A stretch of 44,616 nucleotides of DNA, taken from positions 1-44,616 of IMG/VR virus record IMGVR_UViG_3300043220_000052. One strand, 5' to 3'. This DNA is from a virus (lineage: Duplodnaviria > Caudoviricetes). The translations under genes were made by a program, and so were the position numbers. The notes beneath the pieces were generated by a model, which was given only the letters and a program-made list of their open reading frames with translations, made no database searches and had not been told where the DNA came from. Below, in pieces: positions 25,422-34,147 of the stretch (its first letter is position 1; each line of letters starts with the position of its first letter).

Positions 25422-25642
25422 GCATGGATCACGTTACCGGCGTAACAGGCAACCCAATCCAAGACGGGCTAACCAGGGCGGGCTGGGTCGCGGCGGTACA
25501 GGCGTTCGTGGCGTTCTCAGTCATTCGTTGGGAGTGGCTGACAACTGAGGAGCTGGCGATCCTGACCATCCCCATCACGTTCGTCGCGGTGGCTGCGTGG
25601 GGTGTGTACGATGGGTTGAGGAAGGAAAGGAGCAGGGGGTGA
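25418..25642 (+). CDS. putative holin (2 TM, basic C-terminus)
   Basis: Two hydrophobic helices and an RKERSRG tail; dual MSM start; near the endolysin. Confidence 0.5.
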   Translation: MSMDHVTGVTGNPIQDGLTRAGWVAAVQAFVAFSVIRWEWLTTEELAILTIPITFVAVAAWGVYDGLRKERSRG

Positions 25643-25848
25643 GGGAATCCATCGTTATGGAAGGATCATTCTGTATCTCACAACCTCAAGGTTTCGATGG
25701 TCTAGATGAGTTGGCGGCAGAACTGGGCGTTGAGGAAGGCGGGGCTAACTCGCTTATCGTAGAGGGCCGCAGTGGTAAGCGGTACGACCTCGTAGCGCTT
25801 CTCTCGGCGCACCTGCGGGAAATGAGGGAGCGTTCCACCACGTCATGA
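25597..25848 (+). CDS. hypothetical protein (start probably downstream of 25639)
   Basis: Fills the gap, ATGA-coupled to the next gene. Confidence 0.5.
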   Translation: MGCVRWVEEGKEQGVRESIVMEGSFCISQPQGFDGLDELAAELGVEEGGANSLIVEGRSGKRYDLVALLSAHLREMRERSTTS

Positions 25849-26072
25849 CCTGCCAACGCTGCGGGGTAGAGGCGGAGCTGGGCGAGTGCCCATTCTGCCA
25901 CCGTCAGTTGTGCGTAGAATGCTACGATGCCGACCAGGACTATCCATGCCGGTTGGCTCCCATTGAACAGCGAGACGAGGCAATCAGGGCGTTACGTGGG
26001 AGTGTGCCGGTGCCGATTATAGCGAAGGCGTTTAACCTGAGCCGTCGCCGTGTTTACGCGATAGTAGCATGA
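25845..26072 (+). CDS. Zn-finger plus HTH (Mor-like C-terminus) protein
   Basis: CQRC..CPFC..LCVEC; RDEAIRAL...IAKAFNLSRRRVYAIV. Confidence 0.65.
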   Translation: MTCQRCGVEAELGECPFCHRQLCVECYDADQDYPCRLAPIEQRDEAIRALRGSVPVPIIAKAFNLSRRRVYAIVA

Positions 26073-26281
26073 CGAAACCATTGGCGGTCGCTGGCGTGAA
26101 TCGGTGCCACTATCGCCGCTGCCGTCGTTTTGCTAGGGGTTACTACTGTGCTGACCCGCGAGTTTGTTGGTGGATAGAGACAGACCTTCGAGACCTGGAC
26201 ACACTTGGCGAAAGGTTGGCCAGCGTGTTTGAGAAGCATGCCCCTGCCTTGGTAGGGAAGCTGCGGGCAGGTGTGGAATGA
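26069..26281 (+). CDS. hypothetical Cys-containing protein
   Basis: Coupled ORF. Confidence 0.5.
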   Translation: MTKPLAVAGVNRCHYRRCRRFARGYYCADPRVCWWIETDLRDLDTLGERLASVFEKHAPALVGKLRAGVE

Positions 26282-26511
26282 AGAATCATGGGGAGCGTCT
26301 GACGAAGGTAGAGGGGATGGTTGTCGCGCATATGGAATCGTGTTCGACTCAATGGAAGTCGGTTGACGAGCATCTAAGGAAGCTGAACAACCAGGTATCG
26401 AAGAACAGCGACTTCCGCCTTCAGCAGAGGACAGTCTACGGGGTGATAGCGTTCGCCTGGATATCAGTCTTGATTCCCTTGACGGCTATCGCTGTGGCGG
26501 TATTAGCATGA
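26278..26511 (+). CDS. coiled-coil plus C-terminal TM protein (XhlA/holin-like)
   Basis: ERLTKVE...HLRKLN.QV.KN followed by a TM helix. Confidence 0.55.
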   Translation: MKNHGERLTKVEGMVVAHMESCSTQWKSVDEHLRKLNNQVSKNSDFRLQQRTVYGVIAFAWISVLIPLTAIAVAVLA

Positions 26512-26735
26512 GCTGGATTCGTTGGCAGCTATACCGTCTCTGGATAGGGTGCTGCGAGGCGGACTGTACTCACTACTGGACGTGGCCCGACCACCAGACG
26601 ATAGCTACGTGGCATGCGCTTGTTCACTACAGCCTCTTGGAGGGCCGTGAGTGGCCCCATTACGGGATGGTGACGGAGGCTGGCAAGCGTTGGGCGAAGC
26701 GGCACGGAATCTACCAGTACGCGAGACGGGCATGA
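26508..26735 (+). CDS. hypothetical protein
   Basis: Coupled ORF. Confidence 0.5.
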   Translation: MSWIRWQLYRLWIGCCEADCTHYWTWPDHQTIATWHALVHYSLLEGREWPHYGMVTEAGKRWAKRHGIYQYARRA

Positions 26736-27124
26736 CGTACACAACTGGGATGGTGCGGGGCTACCTCTGCAACTACCAGGAACGCGCCATGCACGCCCGC
26801 CCGCCCCAGAGAGACGACAAGCTGGCCGTCAGGGTGCCCCCCTTGGAAGAAGCCCCGTATGCGGCGTCTAGCTGCGTCTGGTCGGACATTGAGCAAGCGA
26901 TGCGAAACTTGCCGTTCAACTGGGAGAAGATCACCTTCGCCGTGCTGTGTTTGGGTGGGGGGAAAGAGGGGACGAGCTGGCGCAACGGAATGTCAGTATA
27001 CAACTGGCGGGAGAAGGTCGGCGACTTCTGGGGACTCACGGCTGGGGACGTGAACAGGATAGTGAAAGACGCCATCCAGGAAATGACTGACTCACTGAAC
27101 GGCGTCGCGGTCACTAACGGTTAG
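26732..27124 (+). CDS. putative late-transcription regulator (sigma region-4/RinA-ArpU-like)
   Basis: DIEQAMRNLP...KVGDFWGLT...VNRIV..AI..M...LNG; last gene of the early operon. Confidence 0.55.
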   Translation: MTYTTGMVRGYLCNYQERAMHARPPQRDDKLAVRVPPLEEAPYAASSCVWSDIEQAMRNLPFNWEKITFAVLCLGGGKEGTSWRNGMSVYNWREKVGDFWGLTAGDVNRIVKDAIQEMTDSLNGVAVTNG

Positions 27125-27357
27125 GGTAGCCCAGCGACTTCGCGGAGAATCGCAACGAAACCACATCCGCAATCACGAACGCCAGGGGCATGATGTTCAA
27201 GGATACACGTCGAATGATGCTTGCCGTATTCCATGAACGCCTCTTGTATCTTGGTGTGGGCAATGCGGAGGCGGATAATTTCTTTACCTCGACTCATTTC
27301 ACGCTCGGTCATGCCCTCGTGCGCTAGGAGATTCGCCCTGGTTTCTTCAATATCCAT
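27121..27357 (-). CDS. hypothetical protein (H...C......C.CG)
   Basis: GGGAGGTG RBS. Confidence 0.65.
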   Translation of the reverse strand: MDIEETRANLLAHEGMTEREMSRGKEIIRLRIAHTKIQEAFMEYGKHHSTCILEHHAPGVRDCGCGFVAILREVAGLP

Positions 27358-27399
27358 TTGACACCTCCCGTTTCTGGTGATACGCTTCTATGGTACGAT

Positions 27400-27429
27400 G
27401 AGCGTCCTGTACGGGGCGCTCTATTTGTT
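27400..27429 (+). terminator. hairpin/terminator for the rightward transcript
   Basis: GAGCGTCCT-gtac-GGGGCGCTC (G-U pairs on the + strand), then TATTTGTT. Confidence 0.4.
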
Positions 27430-27513
27430 CCTCCCGAACAACCACCAGCACCACAGGACAAGTAGAAACACTGTGACGGGCCAAACAAGTACGGCAACGT
27501 ATTCTAGGATCAT
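27421..27513 (-). CDS. 30-aa hydrophobic membrane peptide (MILEYVAVLVWPVTVFLLVLWCWWLFGRNK)
   Basis: GGAGGG RBS; single TM helix with basic tail. Confidence 0.55.
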   Translation of the reverse strand: MILEYVAVLVWPVTVFLLVLWCWWLFGRNK

Positions 27514-27537
27514 TTTGATTCCCTCCATGACGAAATG

Positions 27538-27756
27538 CTAGGACTTTAGTCCGCAGGCTGTTAGGAAGTCGGTTCGGTTGAATCCTGAGCGGTATGTGCC
27601 ACAGCCGCCTGGGCATGGTCCACCTGGGTTGTCGGCGGCGAAGAGGTCAGCGAAAGCTCTGACTATATCATCTGTCACAACCATAGCCGTTGTGTAGCCT
27701 CCATGTTCCAACAGTATCTTGGCCACGTCCTCGTAATGCTCGCTCTGGTACTTCAT
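27538..27756 (-). CDS. hypothetical protein (FADLFAADNP...FNR..FL.AC family)
   Basis: AGGGAG RBS; motif recurrent among phage early genes. Confidence 0.7.
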   Translation of the reverse strand: MKYQSEHYEDVAKILLEHGGYTTAMVVTDDIVRAFADLFAADNPGGPCPGGCGTYRSGFNRTDFLTACGLKS

Positions 27757-27762
27757 CGCTCC

Positions 27763-27927
27763 CTACTTACTCAGCATCCACGCAGCGAGGGCTACGGTAG
27801 CGAACACCCAGATGGCCGTATGAATGGTCCGGCGCAGGTTCTCGCGCATCTGAGCGCGTCTCCTGACGTTCCTGGCCTGCTGTCGGCGGGCGCGGCCTAA
27901 GTCGCGGAGCATGTGTTCGATCTTCAT
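27763..27927 (-). CDS. 54-aa basic protein with C-terminal TM
   Basis: AAGGAG RBS; hand-translated. Confidence 0.55.
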   Translation of the reverse strand: MKIEHMLRDLGRARRQQARNVRRRAQMRENLRRTIHTAIWVFATVALAAWMLSK

Positions 27928-27963
27928 TAGTTCTCCTTCTGGGGCTAGCTGGCCCCTACTCGA

Positions 27964-28275
27964 TTAGGACTGCCACAAATCGCTTGGCGGGAACATGGGA
28001 TTTTCCACTGTATGTACTCGGCCACCGACACAAGCGCGGGGGTTCACGGGGCAGCCATAGGGGTCGCGGCTATTGATTTCTGTGTCTATCTGGCCTTCTT
28101 CAGTGGGGTGGCTGTTGTAGTTGAGTGGGCCTAACCTTAGCCCGTCTTGGTGGTGTACCCACAGGTAGCGGCCATCTGTTACGACTAAGGGCATCTGTGA
28201 ACGCTTATGGGCGCAGGGCGGGCCGATCTTCGAGGTGCAGCATTTCCATTCTTGTTGCGGGCCTGCATTTGCCAT
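27964..28275 (-). CDS. hypothetical protein
   Basis: AAAGGAG RBS before ATG 28275. Confidence 0.6.
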   Translation of the reverse strand: MANAGPQQEWKCCTSKIGPPCAHKRSQMPLVVTDGRYLWVHHQDGLRLGPLNYNSHPTEEGQIDTEINSRDPYGCPVNPRACVGGRVHTVENPMFPPSDLWQS

Positions 28276-28279
28276 TTGC

Positions 28280-28402
28280 TCAGTCTCCTTTCTTAGTCTG
28301 CCAGTAAGGACTTTGGCACCTGGGGCAGCATCTAGGCAGGGTTTCCTTACGGCGCACCCAGGATTTGTCACAGCGTAGGCAGGTTAGGGTAGGGAGCTTC
28401 AT
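28280..28402 (-). CDS. 40-aa Zn-ribbon protein (TCLRCDKSWVRRKETLPRCCPRCQSPYW), paralog of 13103-13225
   Basis: GAGGAGG RBS, ATGA overlap with the upstream gene. Confidence 0.75.
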   Translation of the reverse strand: MKLPTLTCLRCDKSWVRRKETLPRCCPRCQSPYWQTKKGD

Positions 28403-28692
28403 TTCGCCTCCTCAATAGCGATACGGGCCTGTTGCCGATCCTTTGGATGAAGGTTGCCCCAGTTGTTGACGATCTTCTTCAGCGCTTCTAGTAGGGCAGG
28501 GGCGGCGGCGATGAGGCGGGCGTTGGCCTCGCAACGTGCAGTGAAGTCATCATATTGTGCATCATGGTGCTGATTGACGGCTATTCGGATGGCGCAGACT
28601 TCGCCACCGGCACGGCTCCAAATTTGGTGGCCTATGAAACCATTCCCATCATCACCGAATTGGGCGATTTCCCACGGGCCAGGTGTATGCAT
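28399..28692 (-). CDS. hypothetical protein of the HTPGPW...ANARLIAAAP.LLEAL phage family
   Basis: Recognisable motif; GAGGAG RBS. Confidence 0.8.
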   Translation of the reverse strand: MHTPGPWEIAQFGDDGNGFIGHQIWSRAGGEVCAIRIAVNQHHDAQYDDFTARCEANARLIAAAPALLEALKKIVNNWGNLHPKDRQQARIAIEEAK

Positions 28693-28721
28693 TGCTCGTC
28701 TCCTCTCTATGATGAAATGGG

Positions 28722-28910
28722 CTAGGCGATGCCGAGTACGTTCTCCGCTGCGAGCAAGTCTTCTAGGAACAGGAGACGTTTCCGGCGTCGGCTTGACGTC
28801 CTCATTATGCGCTGCACAGACTGCATTTGCTCTGTTGTTCCGGCAAGGGCTGCTACCCGGATAGCCTCAATGCGTTCAACCTGGCTATCGGTTAATTCAA
28901 TCTCTGCCAT
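28722..28910 (-). CDS. hypothetical protein, first gene of the leftward operon
   Basis: TAAGGAG RBS before ATG 28910. Confidence 0.65.
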   Translation of the reverse strand: MAEIELTDSQVERIEAIRVAALAGTTEQMQSVQRIMRTSSRRRKRLLFLEDLLAAENVLGIA

Positions 28911-28935
28911 GTCCCTACTCCTTACTACTAACATC

Positions 28936-28975
28936 TACACCCCTATGTTATACACCCATGATTAGAGCTTGTCAA
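28936..28975 (-). promoter_or_regulatory. near-consensus sigma70 promoter TTGACA-N17-TATAAC with TACACCC direct repeats
   Basis: -35 at 28975-28970, -10 at 28952-28947; TACACCC at 28936 and 28951. Confidence 0.8.
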
Positions 28976-29028
28976 CCCCCAGGCTAGATAGAGAAGATTG
29001 CAATGTTTATCACAAAGGACATTTCGTA

Positions 29029-29433
29029 ATGGCAGCTAGCAGAGGCATGGAGCCGTATCCAGTGGACATCAAGGCGGAAGCGATAGCGCTTGTCTACGAG
29101 ACTGATAACTTTCATGAAGCCGCTAGACAGATGGCCGAACGCTACCCTGAGCGTAGCCCACGCTTCTCTAATATCATCCGCTGGTTTAAGAAGCTAGACC
29201 CGGAGAGGTGGGAGGAGATGGGTGAAGAGAGGGAAGAGGCGTTCAAGGCGGGGATTATGGAGATGGGGATGAAGGCCCAGGAACGGATGATGACGGTCTT
29301 AGATACCCTCCCCGACAGCCAAATACCCGTCACTGCTGGCATCTCTATGGACAAGCCTATAGAGCTGCTGAAGCTCCAGAAGGGTGGAGGCAACCAGATG
29401 AACGTGCAGTTTAACCTGGTGACCCGTGAATAG
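29029..29433 (+). CDS. putative terminase small subunit (N-terminal HTH)
   Basis: Y..DIKAEAIAL...EAARQ HTH, helical middle, GI.MDK..LL motif; upstream of TerL. Confidence 0.5.
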   Translation: MAASRGMEPYPVDIKAEAIALVYETDNFHEAARQMAERYPERSPRFSNIIRWFKKLDPERWEEMGEEREEAFKAGIMEMGMKAQERMMTVLDTLPDSQIPVTAGISMDKPIELLKLQKGGGNQMNVQFNLVTRE

Positions 29434-29828
29434 CTGGCATCAACTGCTCATGCTCAACCTAGTGGAGGCGCAACACCTGCACTTGTCCAAGCGCCCGCTC
29501 ACTTCGTACGACTGGATGGTGCTGTGCGCGCTGGCTGACAATGTTAACTCTCCTAGGCATGTAGAAACAAAAGGCACCGACACCCTCACGTCCACGTCAG
29601 TACCTTAGTTGCGTAGGTTCACACAGCCCATGACCCGTGCGAGTCTATGCATAACAAGTGTCAAGCATGTATTCGTATCTGGGGTTAGTTGACCTAAGAC
29701 ATATAGTGCGAACCAAGGGACGGGTTCCAATGTCGCTCGTTGTGGTATACCTCTAGGGTATCAACCCCCAGACGCGGCCCCGTATCTGGACTATTGACAT
29801 AATGCCTGTTTGTAGATAGGAGGACAAC

Positions 29829-30008
29829 ATGAAGGTAGAAGTGTATTACCTGGGCAGCTTAATAGACGTGGACACGTACGAGGGGGAGCACATCGACTGG
29901 ATGATGAATGATAAGCAGCTCACTATCTACGTGGGTACGAAAGAGGAGGTCGACAGGGTGGCGTCTTACCCAGAGAGTCGGGTAGTTAGAGTGAAGGTCG
30001 TTGAATGA
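29829..30008 (+). CDS. 59-aa hypothetical protein
   Basis: AGGAGG RBS, ATGA coupling. Confidence 0.6.
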   Translation: MKVEVYYLGSLIDVDTYEGEHIDWMMNDKQLTIYVGTKEEVDRVASYPESRVVRVKVVE

Positions 30009-30250
30009 ACCCACGCACACAGCTAGTCAGGCACCGAGAGCTAAAGGCTCAAGGGATGTCAGGACTGGAGGCTTCACGGGTGGTGCTTCAGGAGGCGGGG
30101 ACGTTGGGTGTTACACAAACCGTTACACAGCACGGTGTTACACCCGCTGAGAACGTGAAAGTGTGTAACGCCTGCGGAAAGAAGTTCTCAAGTCGTGGGG
30201 CGACCTGTAACGCGTGTCGCCAGCGGGCCTACAGGGGAAGGAGCAAATAG
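30005..30250 (+). CDS. Zn-finger protein (CNAC...CNACRQRAYR) containing GTTACAC DNA repeats
   Basis: Translation plus DNA repeats at 30107-30211. Confidence 0.65.
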   Translation: MNPRTQLVRHRELKAQGMSGLEASRVVLQEAGTLGVTQTVTQHGVTPAENVKVCNACGKKFSSRGATCNACRQRAYRGRSK

Positions 30251-30720
30251 ATGGATTCGGTAACAGTCGTGCTCGACCGCTGGATTAACTTGGAGGGGTC
30301 GTGGGCGCGAGCCTGGAAAGAGCATCAGTACGAGTTGGTGCGGATGTACCAAGAGCAGAAAATCCGTGACCAAGCGAGGAGCAGGGGATGAGCAGGTTGT
30401 TGTGTAAATTGGGGCTGCATAAATTTGACTCTAGTGAGCGCAGTTGGCCCGTGCCTAATCCTGGGCACATTATCTATTTCCACTGTGGACGCTGCCAGAA
30501 GACGATAGGGCACGACCACGGGAAGACGGGCTACGTCCAGAAGGTATACGGAGACAGCTAGTTTTAGGGAAGGGAGCAAGGGATGAAAATGCTACCGCTA
30601 CACAGGGTTCTCCATCTATTCGGTTGGAGCGATGCCTGGATGCCGATGGAGTGGGAAGGGAACGTCTTGACCGTATGCGGCAGGTGCGGGCATCGCCGCT
30701 AGGGAGCGTTCCATCACGAA

Positions 30721-31980
30721 ATGACGACTGAAGTAGAAATCTCCCTGAACAAGGGGGCGCAGGACGGGTTCGTGCGTTCCGAGGCCCCGTTTCCAGCTTT
30801 CATGGGGGGGCAGGGTTCGGGAAAAACAGCCGGGGGAGTGATCAAGTGCTGGATGTACACAATAGCAAACCCCGGCGCTCGCGGAGTCTGGACGGAGCCA
30901 GTCGCGGCGATGTTCCAAGAATCGTGTCTTCCGACTTTAAGAACCTTCTTCGGAGAGTATGAGGGGGCGTTCTGGCAGGAACAAGGTAAAGGTGGCCCCA
31001 ACCACCGGATTGAGTTCTCCAACGGCTGTGTGTGGATGCTCAAGGCCGCTGAGACGCCTGAGAGACTCGTCGGGTTCGAGTGCGCCTGGGTGTTGATGAA
31101 CGAGGCCGGTTCCACAGAACATGGAAGTCAGGAGCAGGCTTACCTCAATCTCATTGGACGATTGAGGCAAAAAGGGTTTCGACATTGGTTAGGGATCGCC
31201 ACGACCCCCTCCGGGAGAAACTGGCTATTTAGAGAATGGGTGGAGTCCGAGACGGCGAAGGAAACCGGGCACGTTTTGTTCAACGGCTCTACCTTCGAGA
31301 ACAAAGCGAACCTGCCCGATGAGTATATCGAGAGGATGTCCAAGGCTTACATCGAGGGGACTCCGATGTACCGGCAGCTTGTCCTGGGCGAGTTCGTCCA
31401 AATGGAGGGGTTAGTCCTCCCCAACTTCGACGTTGATAAGCACGTCTCACCCTGGCCGGATACTTTGTTCATACGAAAAATAGCGGGCGTGGACTTCGGG
31501 GTTCAGAGTCCGACCGCAATCGTGGAGTGCGCCGTCACCCAAAGTGGTCACAGGTGGATGCGGGAGTGGCTGTACAAACGTGACTGCGACGACGAGACGT
31601 TCGTGAAAGCCTGTAGAGACGCGATGGACGATGGGATTACTTTGTTCGTCTGTGACCCTTCGGGGAAAGACAGAATTAAGTGGATGAACGACAAAGGCAT
31701 CCCTTCAGTCAAGGCCCGATCAAACCGAATCGAGGCCAGGGTGAAGTCATGGATAACGCCATTGAGTCAAGGGATGTTGACCATCTGCAACGAGTCTCAG
31801 TTCCTCATAAGGGAGGTCTTAGGACTCTCCTGGGCGAAACGACGAGGACGAGAATTGGAGACAGACCGTTTCGATGTTAATACCCCAGATCATGCGTTCG
31901 ACGGAGGGGCCGATGCCCTTCAGGAGATAGAAGCTATGCCGATTGGTTGGAAAGTGCCCGAATTGGTGGAGTTGCTGTGA
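30721..31980 (+). CDS. terL: terminase large subunit
   Basis: Walker A GGQGSGKT, Walker B VLMNEA, coupling motif ATTP, nuclease GVDFG...DPS...DHAFDG. Confidence 0.95.
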   Translation: MTTEVEISLNKGAQDGFVRSEAPFPAFMGGQGSGKTAGGVIKCWMYTIANPGARGVWTEPVAAMFQESCLPTLRTFFGEYEGAFWQEQGKGGPNHRIEFSNGCVWMLKAAETPERLVGFECAWVLMNEAGSTEHGSQEQAYLNLIGRLRQKGFRHWLGIATTPSGRNWLFREWVESETAKETGHVLFNGSTFENKANLPDEYIERMSKAYIEGTPMYRQLVLGEFVQMEGLVLPNFDVDKHVSPWPDTLFIRKIAGVDFGVQSPTAIVECAVTQSGHRWMREWLYKRDCDDETFVKACRDAMDDGITLFVCDPSGKDRIKWMNDKGIPSVKARSNRIEARVKSWITPLSQGMLTICNESQFLIREVLGLSWAKRRGRELETDRFDVNTPDHAFDGGADALQEIEAMPIGWKVPELVELL

Positions 31981-33857
31981 GACGCGGGACGCCTAACGCG
32001 CAAGACATTGATAAGTGGGTGCGAGAGAAGGAAGTCTCGTCCAGTTCTCAGTGGAAGCTCGACAAGCAGATGATCTCGCAGTATCACCAGGATCACGTCA
32101 TTGACGCTTATCAACCCAAGAACGCGGGAAATAAGAAGATCGTCAAACCCGTGGGCATGGGGATCGTCGGCACCCAGATCGACCGCAACGTCCACGTTTT
32201 AAGGCCCCGACCAACCGCGAGGGTTAATGCCGTGGGCGGGCAAGAGGCGGAGAGACATGTATCGGGGAAGATTGAGCCCTGGCTGAATATCGCGGTGTGG
32301 CTCTCTCAGGGGGATTTCCCCGTCTGGGACACCGGACTTCTAGATCAGAATCTCATCGGGGAGTTCGCTTCCAAAGTCCTCCCCGCTCCCCAATTCTGGG
32401 CTGACGACGAAGTGGCGGACGAGGTTGAGAAATTAAACTCCCTAGTTTCCGAAGGTGCCCCCGAAGAAGAGATCAAGAAACAGAAGGCGAGATTACAAAG
32501 AGCCAAAGACGACAACTGGCCGATTGTCTGGCGGTACGTCGATCCGACCTCTACGTATGACGCTTGGGACGAGCGCGGCAGGGCGGAAGTTTTTGAGGTC
32601 AGGAAACTCACAAGAGAGACCATCGAGTCCCGATTCGGGGCGATAGACTTACCCGACGACCTGAAGAAGGAGACTGAATTAGAGGTCATCGAGTACGCGA
32701 ACCATGAGTTCGTCGCATCTATTTTGAGACAGGGAAAGGGAAGGGTCTTCAAACGCGACGCGATGTTCTTGAAGGAACCGTGGGAGCACGGGTTGGGGAT
32801 GTTGCCGTACACATTCATCCGTTTCGACCCCATGAGGCAGAACGATAGGGGCCACACCCGCAGGGGTGCGTCCTACCACGGCAGAGAAATGGTTCAGATG
32901 GTGGACGAGTCCATCACCGACCTGAGAACCGTCTCGCGCAAGGAGGTGGAGACGCCGCTCTGGGCGCGACTAATACCGCGACTGAGGGCAGCCCTGGGAC
33001 TAGAAGAGACAACCATCACAATTGAAGAAGGCGTGCCTGTCGTCCTCCTTCAGGGAGAAGAGGGGGCAGAGGAGATCGGGCGAGTCGCCACCCCAACTGT
33101 GAACCCCAACCTGTTCGCGCTAGTCCAGTTCGGAGCGGAATACCTTGATCGGTCAGGGGCGCACAGGCCGGAAACAATTGGCCAGGGGCCAGCAGGCCAG
33201 TCCGCCGTTCATCTGGACACCGCTCGCCAGGCTCAGATCACCGAACTCTCCGTGGCGCATTTCAACGCGCAGGACGGCTTCGCCAACATCTGCAAACTTC
33301 ATCTCAGGGCGCTCCCAGAGGATGACAAAGTAACGATTCGAGAAGCTGATGGAAAACACGGCTCCAGGGAGATTTCCCTTACCAGGGAGGACTCAGAGAA
33401 ATATGAACTTCTCATCCAGGGCGTGATTAAGCTAGCCCTACCTGTGAACCGTGGCGCTGCCGTGACCAACGCTCGCTTATTGACGGAAGCTCGTGGCCCA
33501 GGACAACGACCTCTTCTCTCGGACGTCGCCGTCCTTCAAGGAGAGTTGGACATCGAGAACCCGATGGAGATGGTCGATAGCGTCAACGAGCAGTTAGTCG
33601 TGAACGCCTTAGTAGACCAGTACATTGAGACGTTAAAGCGTCAGGCTCAGGTCGCCGCTGGTGAGTTGTCACCGGAGGAGATCGCTGCCATCGCGCAGGG
33701 GTTCGCCGACCTCCCCCAGCAGGCCCAGCAAGCGTTGTTGTCGAGATTCGCGGGCGGCATCCCGCCGGAGTTGGACGGAGCTGGTGGGCAACTGGCTCGC
33801 ACCCAAGCGAATACCGCTAGAGCAACACGCGGCCAGCAGTTATCGGAGATTCAATGA
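31947..33857 (+). CDS. portal protein (start may be ~31977)
   Basis: ~630 aa directly after TerL; VDP...Y and HGLG.LPY motifs; Q/A-rich C-terminal barrel as in podoviral portals. Confidence 0.8.
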   Translation: MESARIGGVAVRRGTPNAQDIDKWVREKEVSSSSQWKLDKQMISQYHQDHVIDAYQPKNAGNKKIVKPVGMGIVGTQIDRNVHVLRPRPTARVNAVGGQEAERHVSGKIEPWLNIAVWLSQGDFPVWDTGLLDQNLIGEFASKVLPAPQFWADDEVADEVEKLNSLVSEGAPEEEIKKQKARLQRAKDDNWPIVWRYVDPTSTYDAWDERGRAEVFEVRKLTRETIESRFGAIDLPDDLKKETELEVIEYANHEFVASILRQGKGRVFKRDAMFLKEPWEHGLGMLPYTFIRFDPMRQNDRGHTRRGASYHGREMVQMVDESITDLRTVSRKEVETPLWARLIPRLRAALGLEETTITIEEGVPVVLLQGEEGAEEIGRVATPTVNPNLFALVQFGAEYLDRSGAHRPETIGQGPAGQSAVHLDTARQAQITELSVAHFNAQDGFANICKLHLRALPEDDKVTIREADGKHGSREISLTREDSEKYELLIQGVIKLALPVNRGAAVTNARLLTEARGPGQRPLLSDVAVLQGELDIENPMEMVDSVNEQLVVNALVDQYIETLKRQAQVAAGELSPEEIAAIAQGFADLPQQAQQALLSRFAGGIPPELDGAGGQLARTQANTARATRGQQLSEIQ

Positions 33858-34147
33858 CCGATAACTTCGGCTCTCCTAAGTTGACTGACACCGCTGGGAG
33901 GTATGACCGTATCCTTGACAGCGCCCAGAAACGGGTTGAAGAGATTAAGGCGAATTTGGGCGTCGTCACCCCCAACCGGCCCGTGGGCTCAGTGAAGCTC
34001 TCACCGGAAGAAGAGAAACGAGACTACATGGCCGTCTCCTTCGATGCGGCGGCGCTGGATGATCGGTTGAGTCAATACATCGCCGAACTCGGCTTCGGCC
34101 CTGGGATGCTTGAGTTCAAGAAATGGGTGGAGAGAAATGGCGTATAG
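33854..34147 (+). CDS. hypothetical protein
   Basis: GGAG RBS, coupled. Confidence 0.7.
   Translation: MTDNFGSPKLTDTAGRYDRILDSAQKRVEEIKANLGVVTPNRPVGSVKLSPEEEKRDYMAVSFDAAALDDRLSQYIAELGFGPGMLEFKKWVERNGV

Noticed and set aside
13000-29000. Integrase/att lysogeny module or partition system
   Set aside because: No tyrosine or serine recombinase, ParA or CI-like peptidase motifs recognised.
31090-31110. TerL Walker B reads NEA instead of DEA
   Set aside because: The NE variant occurs in other terminases and all other motifs are intact; no reason to call it inactive.
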